From positions 3,200,001 through 3,264,000 of the forward strand of contig OZ242195.1 in NCBI GenBank assembly GCA_965205975.1: a stretch of 64,000 nt of DNA, read 5' to 3'. Positions 38,736-48,259 of this stretch are shown here, piece after piece. Each line of letters opens with the position of its first letter. Within the stretch, counting starts at the first letter, position 1. The notes beneath the pieces were generated by a model. The model was given only the letters and a program-made list of their open reading frames with translations, made no database searches and was not told where the DNA came from. Position numbers and translations under genes: made by a program. This DNA is from Candidatus Latescibacterota bacterium. GTDB taxonomy: Bacteria; Latescibacterota; UBA2968.

Positions 38736-40256
38736 ATGATCGACCCCCCCAACCTCCTGCTCATCACAACAGACACCCAGCGCTGGGACACCCTCAACTG
38801 CATGGGCAGTCCCTTTGCACATTCCCCCCATGCAGATCGCCTCGCGGCCGAAGGCGTCCTGTTCACACAGGGACACACGCCCTCACCGGTATGCAACCCC
38901 TCGCGCAGCAGCCTCATCACCGGCCTGCACACCCCCATACACGGCGTATGGGAAAACGGCATGACCCGCCTCACCCACTTCCCAACCCTGCCCGACCTCC
39001 TCAAAGAACAGGGCTACACCAACATCATGGTCGGCAAACAACACTTTGGACAAACCCCCGACACCTTCGACATCATCATCGGCCAAGACGACTACAGAGA
39101 ATACATCCCAAATTATGGATTCACTCCCCAGGACTGCCACAAACAACCCACACCCGTACCCGAAGAACACTTCCTCGACACCTTTTTCGCCAAACAAACC
39201 ATCGAACAAATCGACCAGGTCGTCAAGCGCGATTCGGGTCCCTTTTTCGCCTTCTGCTCATTCCCCGCGCCGCATCCACCCGAATGTCCCCCGGGCGACT
39301 GGCTCACCTTTTACGACAACTGCGACAACCTGCCCGACCTCAATTACACCCACCGCGAAGAACAAAATCAGCCCACACACACCAAACGCCTGCTCGGCAT
39401 CAAACCCGAAAACGAATGCCATCCGGGCGAAGACCCAAACACCATCACATACTGGCGAGAAGCCATTGGCCGCATCTACGACCCGCAATACCGCGACACC
39501 ATCATGGAACTGCGAAAAATCTATTATGCATACGCCGCGTACTGCGACGCCTTGCTCGGCCGCATCCTGAACTACCTCGACCAGAATAACCTCCGGGAAA
39601 ACACCCTGATCATCTTCACGTCCGATCACGGACAACAATTCTTCGACCACGGCTTTAACGACAAACACAACTTCTACGATGAATCCTGGCGCGTCCCCTT
39701 TATCATGAGCCTGCCAGGCACCTTTCCGCAAGGAGAAACGCGAGACTTCGCCATCTGGAACGACATCACCACCACCCTCCTCGCGGCTGCCGGTACCGAA
39801 TGCCCCACCATGCAGGGCTTCGACCTCTTCACCCCACTCACCAGAGGCGAACAATCCCCTCGCCGCTGTGCCGTCGCCACCCTCTACAAATCCTGCGCCG
39901 TCGCCACCAAACGCTGGAAACTCGATTACTTTTTTGAAGAAGACGAAGGCCGTCTATTTGACCGCATCAACGACCCCCAGGAACAAAACGACCTCTACGA
40001 CCATCCAGACCATCTCGAAATCCGCAACGAACTGCGCCACGCCCTCTTATCCTGGCGCGGCGACATCGCCGACCTCAAAACAGTGCTGGAAGGCACAACA
40101 AAAAACAGGGGACCAAACGCCCGGGGATACACCATCGTAGCCCCTCGCATTGCCCCACACACCCATCAAATGCGCGGCACCGATGCCGAACAGCGCCTGA
40201 ATGAAAAATGTGAACGGATAGACGAGAAAAGCGCGAATAGACGAATAGACGAATAG
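38736..40256 (+). CDS. Cys-type sulfatase
   Basis: PPNLLLITTDTQR, CNPSR, GKQH, SDHG. Confidence 0.92.
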   Translation: MIDPPNLLLITTDTQRWDTLNCMGSPFAHSPHADRLAAEGVLFTQGHTPSPVCNPSRSSLITGLHTPIHGVWENGMTRLTHFPTLPDLLKEQGYTNIMVGKQHFGQTPDTFDIIIGQDDYREYIPNYGFTPQDCHKQPTPVPEEHFLDTFFAKQTIEQIDQVVKRDSGPFFAFCSFPAPHPPECPPGDWLTFYDNCDNLPDLNYTHREEQNQPTHTKRLLGIKPENECHPGEDPNTITYWREAIGRIYDPQYRDTIMELRKIYYAYAAYCDALLGRILNYLDQNNLRENTLIIFTSDHGQQFFDHGFNDKHNFYDESWRVPFIMSLPGTFPQGETRDFAIWNDITTTLLAAAGTECPTMQGFDLFTPLTRGEQSPRRCAVATLYKSCAVATKRWKLDYFFEEDEGRLFDRINDPQEQNDLYDHPDHLEIRNELRHALLSWRGDIADLKTVLEGTTKNRGPNARGYTIVAPRIAPHTHQMRGTDAEQRLNEKCERIDEKSANRRIDE

Positions 40257-40282
40257 ACGAATAGACGAATAGACGAATAGAC
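40235..40282 (+). repeat. (GAATAGAC)6 tandem array followed by GAACCCCGC; supplies the sulfatase stop codon
   Basis: Six perfect 8-mers. Confidence 0.95.
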
Positions 40283-40429
40283 GAACCCCGCCCAACCACC
40301 TAAAACCTCTGGATTGCGGCTAAAACCATGCCGCAATGACGACTTTCATGTATACATTACCTGCTTCATTTGATTCGTTGACTCGTTGATGAACTGCTGG
40401 CGCAGTTGTACCCCGTTCCGTTGAAACGC

Positions 40430-40466
40430 AAAAGACTCGGGCGCCTTTCCGCACCCGAGTCTTTTC
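40430..40466. terminator. Bidirectional intrinsic terminator
   Basis: AAAAGACTCGGG...CCCGAGTCTTTT between convergent genes. Confidence 0.75.
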
Positions 40467-40487
40467 ACTTGAAACCAGCGCATCTAT

Positions 40488-42290
40488 CTACCGGTATTGG
40501 AACTCCGGCGACCCGATCAACATACTGACTACCTGAACGTCTTTGCGCACAGCATCTGCGGGAACCATCTCTTTTACCTCTGACGCAATAGCACTGGTAT
40601 CCTGTGCTGGCAACAGCAACTTGCTATACCTCGCCAATGCCTCTTCAGTCGTTGGCGTATGCTCGCTCTGCCTGGGCAACTGCTTCAGTACAACCCCCCC
40701 AATCCTGCCCATCGCCAGACGCACGCCAAAATTCAATCGCGCAATCAGCGTACCCGAATTTGCCCACGACTCGGCATAATCCGGAAAACCCGTAGGCGGC
40801 TCATAACCATATAGCGGCTCGCCCATGCGGTAAAACCAGCTCATCAGCGGCTGTGGATTCTTCACATCGGCTTCCAATGCACGAAGAGAACTCACCACCA
40901 GTTCTAACGGCGACTTCATCTTGCTGCGCTTCTTCGCTTCTGCCCAAAACACGCGGGACTGCGCCAGCGTAGCTATCACAGCGGCGATATCCCCATCGGT
41001 TTTGGTAAAGGTCTCCGCCATCGCATCAATCACATCATATGACGGTGCATCGTTTACAAACCGACGCGCCAGCTTGGTCGAAATAAAACGCGCGGTTGAA
41101 GGGTGATTGGACAGCATATCCAGAACGCGCTCGCCCTCTTCTATGCCACCCCCTGCCGGGAATGTCTCACCCAACACCACCTTGGCCTTTTTATCGTGCC
41201 AGGCATTGCGGAACAGAAATTCGCCCTGGCGAACGAGATTCTTATTGCCATTGGCAATTGCCCTATCGGTATTCTTGCGCCCATTGCCATAAGGCATCGC
41301 AGTCCACCCCGTCAACACGCGCGCAACCTCGGTAACATCCCGCTGCGTGTATCCACCATCCACACCCAGCGTGTGCAACTCCATCAACTCGCGGGCATAA
41401 TTCTCATTCAAACCATACTTGCGTCTTGGAGGCGTCTTCGGCTTCGCAACAGCCTTCGGAGGGGCTTTTGCCATCTCACCACCATCCATACCACCATCCA
41501 TACCGCCATCCATACCGCCATCCATACCCATCTCGCCCATTGCCACTTCCTTCTTTGGCTCAGGCTTTGCCTGATTCTGCTGCTGTGGCGTCGCCATACG
41601 CGACTGTGCATTATCCAGATAATGCAACATCGCCGGATGCTTCGCCGTCGCACCCAAAATCGTGCGGAACTTGCCCAGCACATTGGGGCGAATCGCATCG
41701 CGCTCATAAGCGAGCACGCGACTGCGCGCCCCACCATCGCGCGTGGTCACATTGAAATGATTAAACCAGAAATCCGTCAGCACCTCAGCGAGTTGATTCT
41801 CGCTATACACCGCCCGCATCACTTTCTGGCTCCGAAGCTCCTGATTAAAAAGCGCGCCATAGGGACGCAACCCGTGCTCCTCGCGATACGCTTTCATCTT
41901 TTCCCGCATCTCTTTGAGAGGCGTCGTCGCCGGATCCATCACCCCTTCTCTTTTCATCTGATTGCGAAGTTGACCATCTGGCATATAGATTTCGGCTATT
42001 TGTAACTGCGTCATTTTCAACGCCGGAAACGCTTCCAATCGCTTGTCCAGCTCAGCATCTGGCAAATTGCCCTTCAACTGCTGAGCCAGCCACTTCTCGG
42101 GACCCATCTGCGCCACTCTTTCCACTTCACCGGGCCGTGCACCAAAGGCAAAACGCTCTAAGAGATACGCCGCTGCCTGCTCCTTGCTCAGCCCTTCTTT
42201 TTTATAGGGCAATTTCAACCCGGCATCCGCCGCAGATCCCGAAAGCAACGCACCACAGCACAAAATAATAAGTGAAAAACGAAATATCAT
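40488..42290 (-). CDS. DUF1800-domain protein (paralog B)
   Basis: DFWFNHFNV, AMLHYLDN, NENYARELMELHTLG, SPEFQYR. Confidence 0.9.
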   Translation of the reverse strand: MIFRFSLIILCCGALLSGSAADAGLKLPYKKEGLSKEQAAAYLLERFAFGARPGEVERVAQMGPEKWLAQQLKGNLPDAELDKRLEAFPALKMTQLQIAEIYMPDGQLRNQMKREGVMDPATTPLKEMREKMKAYREEHGLRPYGALFNQELRSQKVMRAVYSENQLAEVLTDFWFNHFNVTTRDGGARSRVLAYERDAIRPNVLGKFRTILGATAKHPAMLHYLDNAQSRMATPQQQNQAKPEPKKEVAMGEMGMDGGMDGGMDGGMDGGEMAKAPPKAVAKPKTPPRRKYGLNENYARELMELHTLGVDGGYTQRDVTEVARVLTGWTAMPYGNGRKNTDRAIANGNKNLVRQGEFLFRNAWHDKKAKVVLGETFPAGGGIEEGERVLDMLSNHPSTARFISTKLARRFVNDAPSYDVIDAMAETFTKTDGDIAAVIATLAQSRVFWAEAKKRSKMKSPLELVVSSLRALEADVKNPQPLMSWFYRMGEPLYGYEPPTGFPDYAESWANSGTLIARLNFGVRLAMGRIGGVVLKQLPRQSEHTPTTEEALARYSKLLLPAQDTSAIASEVKEMVPADAVRKDVQVVSMLIGSPEFQYR

Positions 42291-42423
42291 TGCAACCTCC
42301 TTAAAAAAATTAAAAAACTCGAGTGCCATACTTCGACACTCGAGTTTTTTCTTGCAGCGGTGTAAACTGCACACGCGCAACACAACGTGTCAGTACAGCA
42401 TCAAATGAGTGGTCGATAATGGC

Positions 42424-43692
42424 TTACGTCATCACCTTAAACCGCTCACCTTCCCAACCTGGGAACATCGCAATATCGTGGGAACGATCGATATTCAGAT
42501 GCTTACCAGCCACATCGGCAAACACAGAACGGAAATCCGTCGTCACGGGCAAATCGCGCCGATCTTCGAGCGCATCTTTCACCAGCTTCTCAGGCACATT
42601 CCCGTGGATCTTTCCACCAGCCACGTTATTCCCCAGCACAAACAGACACGACCCGCGGCCGTGATCCGTACCCAGAGAACCATTCTGATGCACCGTGCGA
42701 CCAAATTCGGTCATCGTCATCAGCACCACATCGTCCTGATACGTACCCAGATCCGTCCAGAATGCCGCGATGGACCTGGACATCTCATCTGCTCTGCGCT
42801 GGAAAGAACCCGTCGTTGTACCCTGCTGCACATGGGTATCCCAACCGCCGGTCTCGGTAAAGGCAACCTCAAGCCCCACATCCGACTTGATCAGCAACGC
42901 GATCTGTTGCAGCCTGCGACCCAATGATGTATTGGGATAGTTCGCGCCTTCAACGGGCTTGTAATCCCTCACACCGATTTTTTCCAACAACTCAATCGCA
43001 TCAAAACTCTCCCGGCTCACCCTCTGAACCAGGCGTTTGGCACTCCGCGCATACATCGCCTCAAACCCTTCCTCCACCTGTTCGGCCCCCTGCGGATCAT
43101 TCGGCATCTGAATGCCAAAGGAACGCAGATCATCCACTGCTATCGAAGGCTCCTTCCCGTAAAATGCGCGCGGCAACGCTCTGGTCAATGCCACAGACCG
43201 GAAGGGCGTACCCTCGTGACCGAGCAAACCCACTGCCCGATTGAGCCAACCCGTCCGCGTACCCTTCACACCAGGCGTCCCATTCTCCATATAATCCTGG
43301 GCGTCAAAGTGCGAACGCGTCTTATTCGGCGAACCTACGCCGTGTACAATAGCCAGACGGCCATCCTTGTACAGCGGTGCCAGTTCCGCAAAAGAGGGAT
43401 GCAATGCAAAGCGACCATCCAGATCCGTCAGCTTGTTGTTCGGATCGGTCAGGTGCATAAACAAATTGGGGCGTGCCTCGGCGAGTGCCGGATCGTTAAA
43501 TGGCGTCACCGCCATCAAACCATCCATAGCCCCGCGCTGGAAAATCGTCACCAGCACCTTGCGACGGCTATGTGCCAGCGGATTATTCGCAGCATCAGCC
43601 GCGCGACTCAAAAACAGCGGCGTACCCCCAAACGAGGTAGAAAACAATGCCAAACCGCTGCCTTTCATAAATGCTCTTCGCGTCCATTCCAT
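42424..43692 (-). CDS. DUF1501-domain protein with Tat signal
   Basis: TRRAFMK; FQRGAMDGL, RSHFDAQ, GGWDTH, EFGRT, GTDHG. Confidence 0.9.
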   Translation of the reverse strand: MEWTRRAFMKGSGLALFSTSFGGTPLFLSRAADAANNPLAHSRRKVLVTIFQRGAMDGLMAVTPFNDPALAEARPNLFMHLTDPNNKLTDLDGRFALHPSFAELAPLYKDGRLAIVHGVGSPNKTRSHFDAQDYMENGTPGVKGTRTGWLNRAVGLLGHEGTPFRSVALTRALPRAFYGKEPSIAVDDLRSFGIQMPNDPQGAEQVEEGFEAMYARSAKRLVQRVSRESFDAIELLEKIGVRDYKPVEGANYPNTSLGRRLQQIALLIKSDVGLEVAFTETGGWDTHVQQGTTTGSFQRRADEMSRSIAAFWTDLGTYQDDVVLMTMTEFGRTVHQNGSLGTDHGRGSCLFVLGNNVAGGKIHGNVPEKLVKDALEDRRDLPVTTDFRSVFADVAGKHLNIDRSHDIAMFPGWEGERFKVMT

Positions 43693-43713
43693 AACGCCAT
43701 CTCCTTTCCGAGT

Positions 43714-45507
43714 TTATCGGTATTGAAATTCCGGCGATCCCAGCAACATACTGATCACCTGAACGTCTTTGCGTTCGGCATCTGCGGGAACCGTCTGTTT
43801 AACCTCTGACGCAATAGCACTGGTATCCTGTGCTGGCAGTAGCAACTTGCTATACATCGCCAATGCCTCTTCCGTTGTCAGACCACTGCTATCACTGGGC
43901 AACTGCTTCAACGTCACCCCGTTAATACGGCCAGCGGCCAGATGGATACCAAAATTCATTCGCGCGATCAGCGTACCCGAATTTGCCCAAGACTCGGCAT
44001 AATCCGGAAAACCCGTAGGCGGCAAATAACCATACAGCGGCTCGCCCATGCGATCAAACCAGCGCATTATCGGCTGTGGATTCTTCACATCGGCTTCCAG
44101 CGCGCGAAGAGAACTCACCACCACTTCTAACGGCGACTTCATCTTGCTGCGCTTCTTCGCCTCTGCCCAAAACACGCGGGATTGCGCCAGCGTAGCCACC
44201 ACAGCGGCGATATCCCCATCGGTTTTGGTAAAGGTCTCCGCCATCGCATCAATCACATCATCTGAGGGTGCATCGTTCACAAACCGACGCGCCAACTTGG
44301 TCGAAATAAAACGCGCGGTTGAGGGATGACTGGTCAGCATATCCAGAACGCGCTCACCCTCTTCTATGCCACCACCTGCCGGGAACTTCTCGCCCAACAC
44401 CATCTTGGCCTTGTCGTCGTGCCAGGTTTTGCGGAACACAAATTCGCCCTGAAGAATGTTATTTTTATTTCCATTGACCATTTGTTTTTTGATATTTTCG
44501 CGCTGCCTTCCATAAGGCGCCGCAGCCCATCCCGTCAACACGCGCGCGACCTCGGTAACATCCTGCTGCGTGTATCCACCATCCACACCCAGGGTATGCA
44601 ACTCCATCAATTCGCGGGCATAATTCTCATTCAAACCGTACTTGCGCCTGCGTTGTTGTGGAGGCGTCTGCGCCTTTGCAGGAGCCTTCTCAGGAGCTTT
44701 CGCCATCTCGCCACCCATATCGCCATCCATCCCACCATCCATACCCATCTCACCCATTGACGCTTCCTTCTTTGGCTCGGGCTTTGCCTGCTCCCGCTCC
44801 GACGGCGGCGCCATACGCGACTGTGCATTATCCAGATAATACAACATCGCAGGATGCTTTGCCGTCGCGCCCAAAATCACGCGGAACTTGCCCAGCACAT
44901 TGGGACGAATCGCATCGCGCTCATAAGCGAGCGTGCGAGGGCGCGCCCCACCATCGCGCGTGGTCACATTGAAGTGATTGAACCAGAAATCCGTCATCAC
45001 CTCGACGAGCTGATTCTCGCTATACACCGCCCGCATCAGCTTCTGACCCTTCAGTTCCTGATTGGACAGCAGGCCATAAGGACGCAACCCGTGCTCTTTG
45101 CGATACGCGTTTATCTTTTCATTCATCTCTTTGCGAGGCGTCTTCGCGGGATCGATCAACCCCGCTTGCGCCACCATTCTGCGAATCCGCCCATTATTCA
45201 CATAAACTTTCGACATTTCTTCCTGGGTCATTTTCAGGGCGGGAAACGCTTCCAGACGTTTGTCCAACGCAGCATCGGGCAAATTGCCCTTCAACTGCTG
45301 CGCCAACCACTTCTCTGGACCCATCTTTGCGACCTTTTCCACTTCACCTGGACGCGCACCAAAGGCAAAACGCTCCAGAAGATACGCTGCAGCCTGCTCC
45401 TTACTCAGCCCCTCTGCCTTGTAGGGCAGTTGCAAATCGGCATTTGCCGGAGCCACCGCAAGCAGCGCACCGCAACACAAAACAGCGAGTGCAACGCGCA
45501 ATATCAT
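43714..45507 (-). CDS. DUF1800-domain protein (paralog A)
   Basis: Same motifs as 40488-42290. Confidence 0.9.
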   Translation of the reverse strand: MILRVALAVLCCGALLAVAPANADLQLPYKAEGLSKEQAAAYLLERFAFGARPGEVEKVAKMGPEKWLAQQLKGNLPDAALDKRLEAFPALKMTQEEMSKVYVNNGRIRRMVAQAGLIDPAKTPRKEMNEKINAYRKEHGLRPYGLLSNQELKGQKLMRAVYSENQLVEVMTDFWFNHFNVTTRDGGARPRTLAYERDAIRPNVLGKFRVILGATAKHPAMLYYLDNAQSRMAPPSEREQAKPEPKKEASMGEMGMDGGMDGDMGGEMAKAPEKAPAKAQTPPQQRRRKYGLNENYARELMELHTLGVDGGYTQQDVTEVARVLTGWAAAPYGRQRENIKKQMVNGNKNNILQGEFVFRKTWHDDKAKMVLGEKFPAGGGIEEGERVLDMLTSHPSTARFISTKLARRFVNDAPSDDVIDAMAETFTKTDGDIAAVVATLAQSRVFWAEAKKRSKMKSPLEVVVSSLRALEADVKNPQPIMRWFDRMGEPLYGYLPPTGFPDYAESWANSGTLIARMNFGIHLAAGRINGVTLKQLPSDSSGLTTEEALAMYSKLLLPAQDTSAIASEVKQTVPADAERKDVQVISMLLGSPEFQYR

Positions 45508-45559
45508 AGCAACCCTCCTTAAAAAATTCCCCAAAGGGAATGGCATCTGTGAATATTTA

Positions 45560-45735
45560 ACTGATGTTACACATATCTGGCGTTTTTGTCATGCTGAGCG
45601 GAGTCGAAGCATCTTTTCCACCTGTGTTGGTAAGAGATGAACTGCCCTGAGAAACGGCAGTTGTACCCCGCTCCTTCGACTCCGCTCCGCTCAGAATGAC
45701 AGACACATCATATTGTATCTGTACGTAACGTCAGT
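45560..45735. mobile_element. MITE copy 2, carrying a nested hairpin element
   Basis: TIRs ACTGATGTTACACA / TACGTAACGTCAGT; 5-bp direct repeat ATTTA on both sides. Confidence 0.85.
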
Positions 45736-45822
45736 ATTTAATATAAAATATATCACAATGCCTAATGGTGCAATGCAATTATACAATTTTATACAACACT
45801 ATACAACTTTATACAATTCTTC

Positions 45823-47145
45823 TCAGAACAAATCTGCCGGAACGGGCCTGACAACAATCGAGTCTTCCCCAAAGCCTTCCAACTGCTGGGGATTCAGTGG
45901 GGCTTGCCTGTACTGCAGGGTATAAGTCCCACCGCCCTGTATCAGATTCACCGTCAAAATATCGCCCTCTTTGCTGAAATCCACATCGGACGCCGTCACA
46001 TACGTCAGATTTACGCCGTCCGGTGCACCGCCTCGCAACGTGCCATTGAGCACAGGCACGCCATTTTGAATCACATATCCCGCACGCCTGTTGAAAAACC
46101 GGGATTCATCGGCATGTGTGGAAAACTCGAGCGGCCTGGCAAATGTGATTTCCACAAAACCCTGTTCGATGACCACGCCATTCTCAATCAGGGGATCCAC
46201 CACGTCAGCGGCTGGCACATGGCCAGATGGTGCGCGGTGGCGCGGGCTGCGCCGCTCCAGAACAGGGAACCACTGGATGTCCAGTGAAGCCGGAATGCTC
46301 GGGAACGGGTCTTCGGAATCCATCCACGTGCCATTGAGGTGAGAATCTCGCAATGTCCATATCCCGGAATAAGGCGGATCATTGGTATTCAGTTCTGCAA
46401 CCACCTCTGCCGGAGGAACATAAACCGCATAGCGTATGCCCTGACCGTCTTCCATCCACATAACCATCTGATGGGGGCGAGGATCTTGCCAGGGCCAGGG
46501 ACTATTAAAATAGATGGCCGAACGGTTGTTGCGATTTTGGAACGAGCGGTTGTCTGGCTTATCAGCGTTTGGGATGGTAATGCGAACGCGCCCATTACCC
46601 AGCACCGTCACCTGGCTATATTCCTCGGCTCCGGGTAGCAAGCGTATCAGGGTATTAGGCTGGTTCAATGCCTCACCCGGACGCACCGGAAACGGACTCG
46701 TATAATTGGCCAAATTATTCCCCAACTCACCGACCAGCGGCAACCTGGGACCGGCCTGCCAGAGATAAAACGCACCATAAGCCAGCCTGATACGCTCCAC
46801 ATTGTTTTGTACATATTCAATGCGAAGCTGATCGCGCGAGCCTTCTGCGGTGCGCCAATAGTGCCGCACAGTCTTTTCATACGTCACAGCCGCCATCGGC
46901 GGTGCTGCAAGCGGTGGATTGTACACAAATACCACCGTGCCATAATCCGATGCTGCGGCCGTAAAAATGATATGCCGGGGCGTGCCCTGAGGCGGGTCGG
47001 CAACATCTATGGCACTGCCCCCATTCGTCCCGGAAATCAGCCGATAGCTGCCGCGCCATTCTTCGGCAGGTTCAACCGGGATATCCCGGGTACATCCCGT
47101 CGCGCCCACCAGGCCAATCAGACAAAGCAATAAAAACTTACGCAT
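45823..47145 (-). CDS. Hypothetical beta-rich lipoprotein
   Basis: MRKFLLLCLIGLVGATGC lipobox; AGGAGG RBS. Confidence 0.7.
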   Translation of the reverse strand: MRKFLLLCLIGLVGATGCTRDIPVEPAEEWRGSYRLISGTNGGSAIDVADPPQGTPRHIIFTAAASDYGTVVFVYNPPLAAPPMAAVTYEKTVRHYWRTAEGSRDQLRIEYVQNNVERIRLAYGAFYLWQAGPRLPLVGELGNNLANYTSPFPVRPGEALNQPNTLIRLLPGAEEYSQVTVLGNGRVRITIPNADKPDNRSFQNRNNRSAIYFNSPWPWQDPRPHQMVMWMEDGQGIRYAVYVPPAEVVAELNTNDPPYSGIWTLRDSHLNGTWMDSEDPFPSIPASLDIQWFPVLERRSPRHRAPSGHVPAADVVDPLIENGVVIEQGFVEITFARPLEFSTHADESRFFNRRAGYVIQNGVPVLNGTLRGGAPDGVNLTYVTASDVDFSKEGDILTVNLIQGGGTYTLQYRQAPLNPQQLEGFGEDSIVVRPVPADLF

Positions 47146-47166
47146 CTTTTGATTCCTCCTGTCGGC

Positions 47167-47224
47167 GGGCGACCACAAGGGATCGCCCCTACAAGCATCG
47201 GGCGACCACGAGGGTCGCCCCTAC
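47167..47224 (-). repeat. Two tandem GTAG-type REP palindromes
   Basis: GGGCGACC-N-G(G/A)TCGCCCCTAC twice; related copy at 57040-57065. Confidence 0.8.
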
Positions 47225-48232
47225 CTAGAACGTTCCCGAAAGCGTCAAACGCAGCGGTCGCTCTTTAATAGCACCGCCGATATCGCTATACGAAACATCC
47301 ACACTTATCTTGCGCTCTTCGCTCACATTGAGATTCAAACCCGCCCCCACGCTCCAGGTCTCCACATCGTACCTGAACTTATAACCGGCGCGAAGTGCCA
47401 GCAGATTTTGTATCCACAACTCGCCGCCAATGTGATCGCGCTCTCCCCAATCGCGGAAAAACACATGCTCATAAGCACCCGTCAGATAAAGCGGATCGCC
47501 TTGCTTACCCAGCAATTCCATCGCAACAGCCAGATTGTAGAAAAACGGCAGGCGATAATCCTCGGTCAGCACTTCCTTATTGCCACCGAGATTGCTGATG
47601 GTCATGCCCACGCGCAGACTCTTGAAACCCGTGTAAAAAATCGTGCCGATATCAAATGTCGTGGAACTCACATTGATGATGTGAAGCTGAGACCGCACAT
47701 AGCGCAGGCGAAAACCCATCGAAAACTTATCGGTCAGTTGCTTGGCAAAAGATCCCGCAACCGAAAAATCACCCAGCTTGATATTTCGCCCCGTGCCATC
47801 GGGTTGCATGGGCGTGGTCTCTTCCACATCGGGATAGGTAAACGTGCGAAAAGAGACACCCACAACGCCTATGGGAATGCGATAGGCAAAACCCCCAGCG
47901 CCCATTTTGGTGCCCACCAGCCACTCGTTATAAGAGGCCAGATACGCCATATTGTCGATATGTACCAGCCCTGCTGCATTCTGGAATATCGAGTGAATAT
48001 CTCGCGACGTGCCCACATTGGCATCGGCCATGCCCGCCAGGCGCGCAGATGCCGAAATTTTCAAAAGCGCGAACCCACTGCGCGCGATGCGGTTACCCCT
48101 ATCGCCTTCCGAGCGAAAATGCCCTTCCGCAGCTATGGGTTCCAGATCATCAAAGCCTGCCACATCCTGGGCCATGGCACTTTGAGGGCTGAGAAAAAGC
48201 GCGATAGCCGCTATCCAGATCAGATATTTCAT
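47225..48232 (-). CDS. PorV/PorQ-like outer-membrane beta-barrel
   Basis: GFALLKISASARLAGMAD...SIFQNAAGL, TFDIGTIF, LALRAGY, terminal F. Confidence 0.75.
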   Translation of the reverse strand: MKYLIWIAAIALFLSPQSAMAQDVAGFDDLEPIAAEGHFRSEGDRGNRIARSGFALLKISASARLAGMADANVGTSRDIHSIFQNAAGLVHIDNMAYLASYNEWLVGTKMGAGGFAYRIPIGVVGVSFRTFTYPDVEETTPMQPDGTGRNIKLGDFSVAGSFAKQLTDKFSMGFRLRYVRSQLHIINVSSTTFDIGTIFYTGFKSLRVGMTISNLGGNKEVLTEDYRLPFFYNLAVAMELLGKQGDPLYLTGAYEHVFFRDWGERDHIGGELWIQNLLALRAGYKFRYDVETWSVGAGLNLNVSEERKISVDVSYSDIGGAIKERPLRLTLSGTF

Positions 48233-48259
48233 AATTTGCTCCTCAATAATGACCAATGA

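Noticed and set aside
45744..45820. TATACAA repeats (atacaattttatacaacactatacaactttatacaa) as an operator array
   Set aside because: Imperfect spacing, downstream of a stop and next to a MITE; cannot be distinguished from low-complexity sequence.
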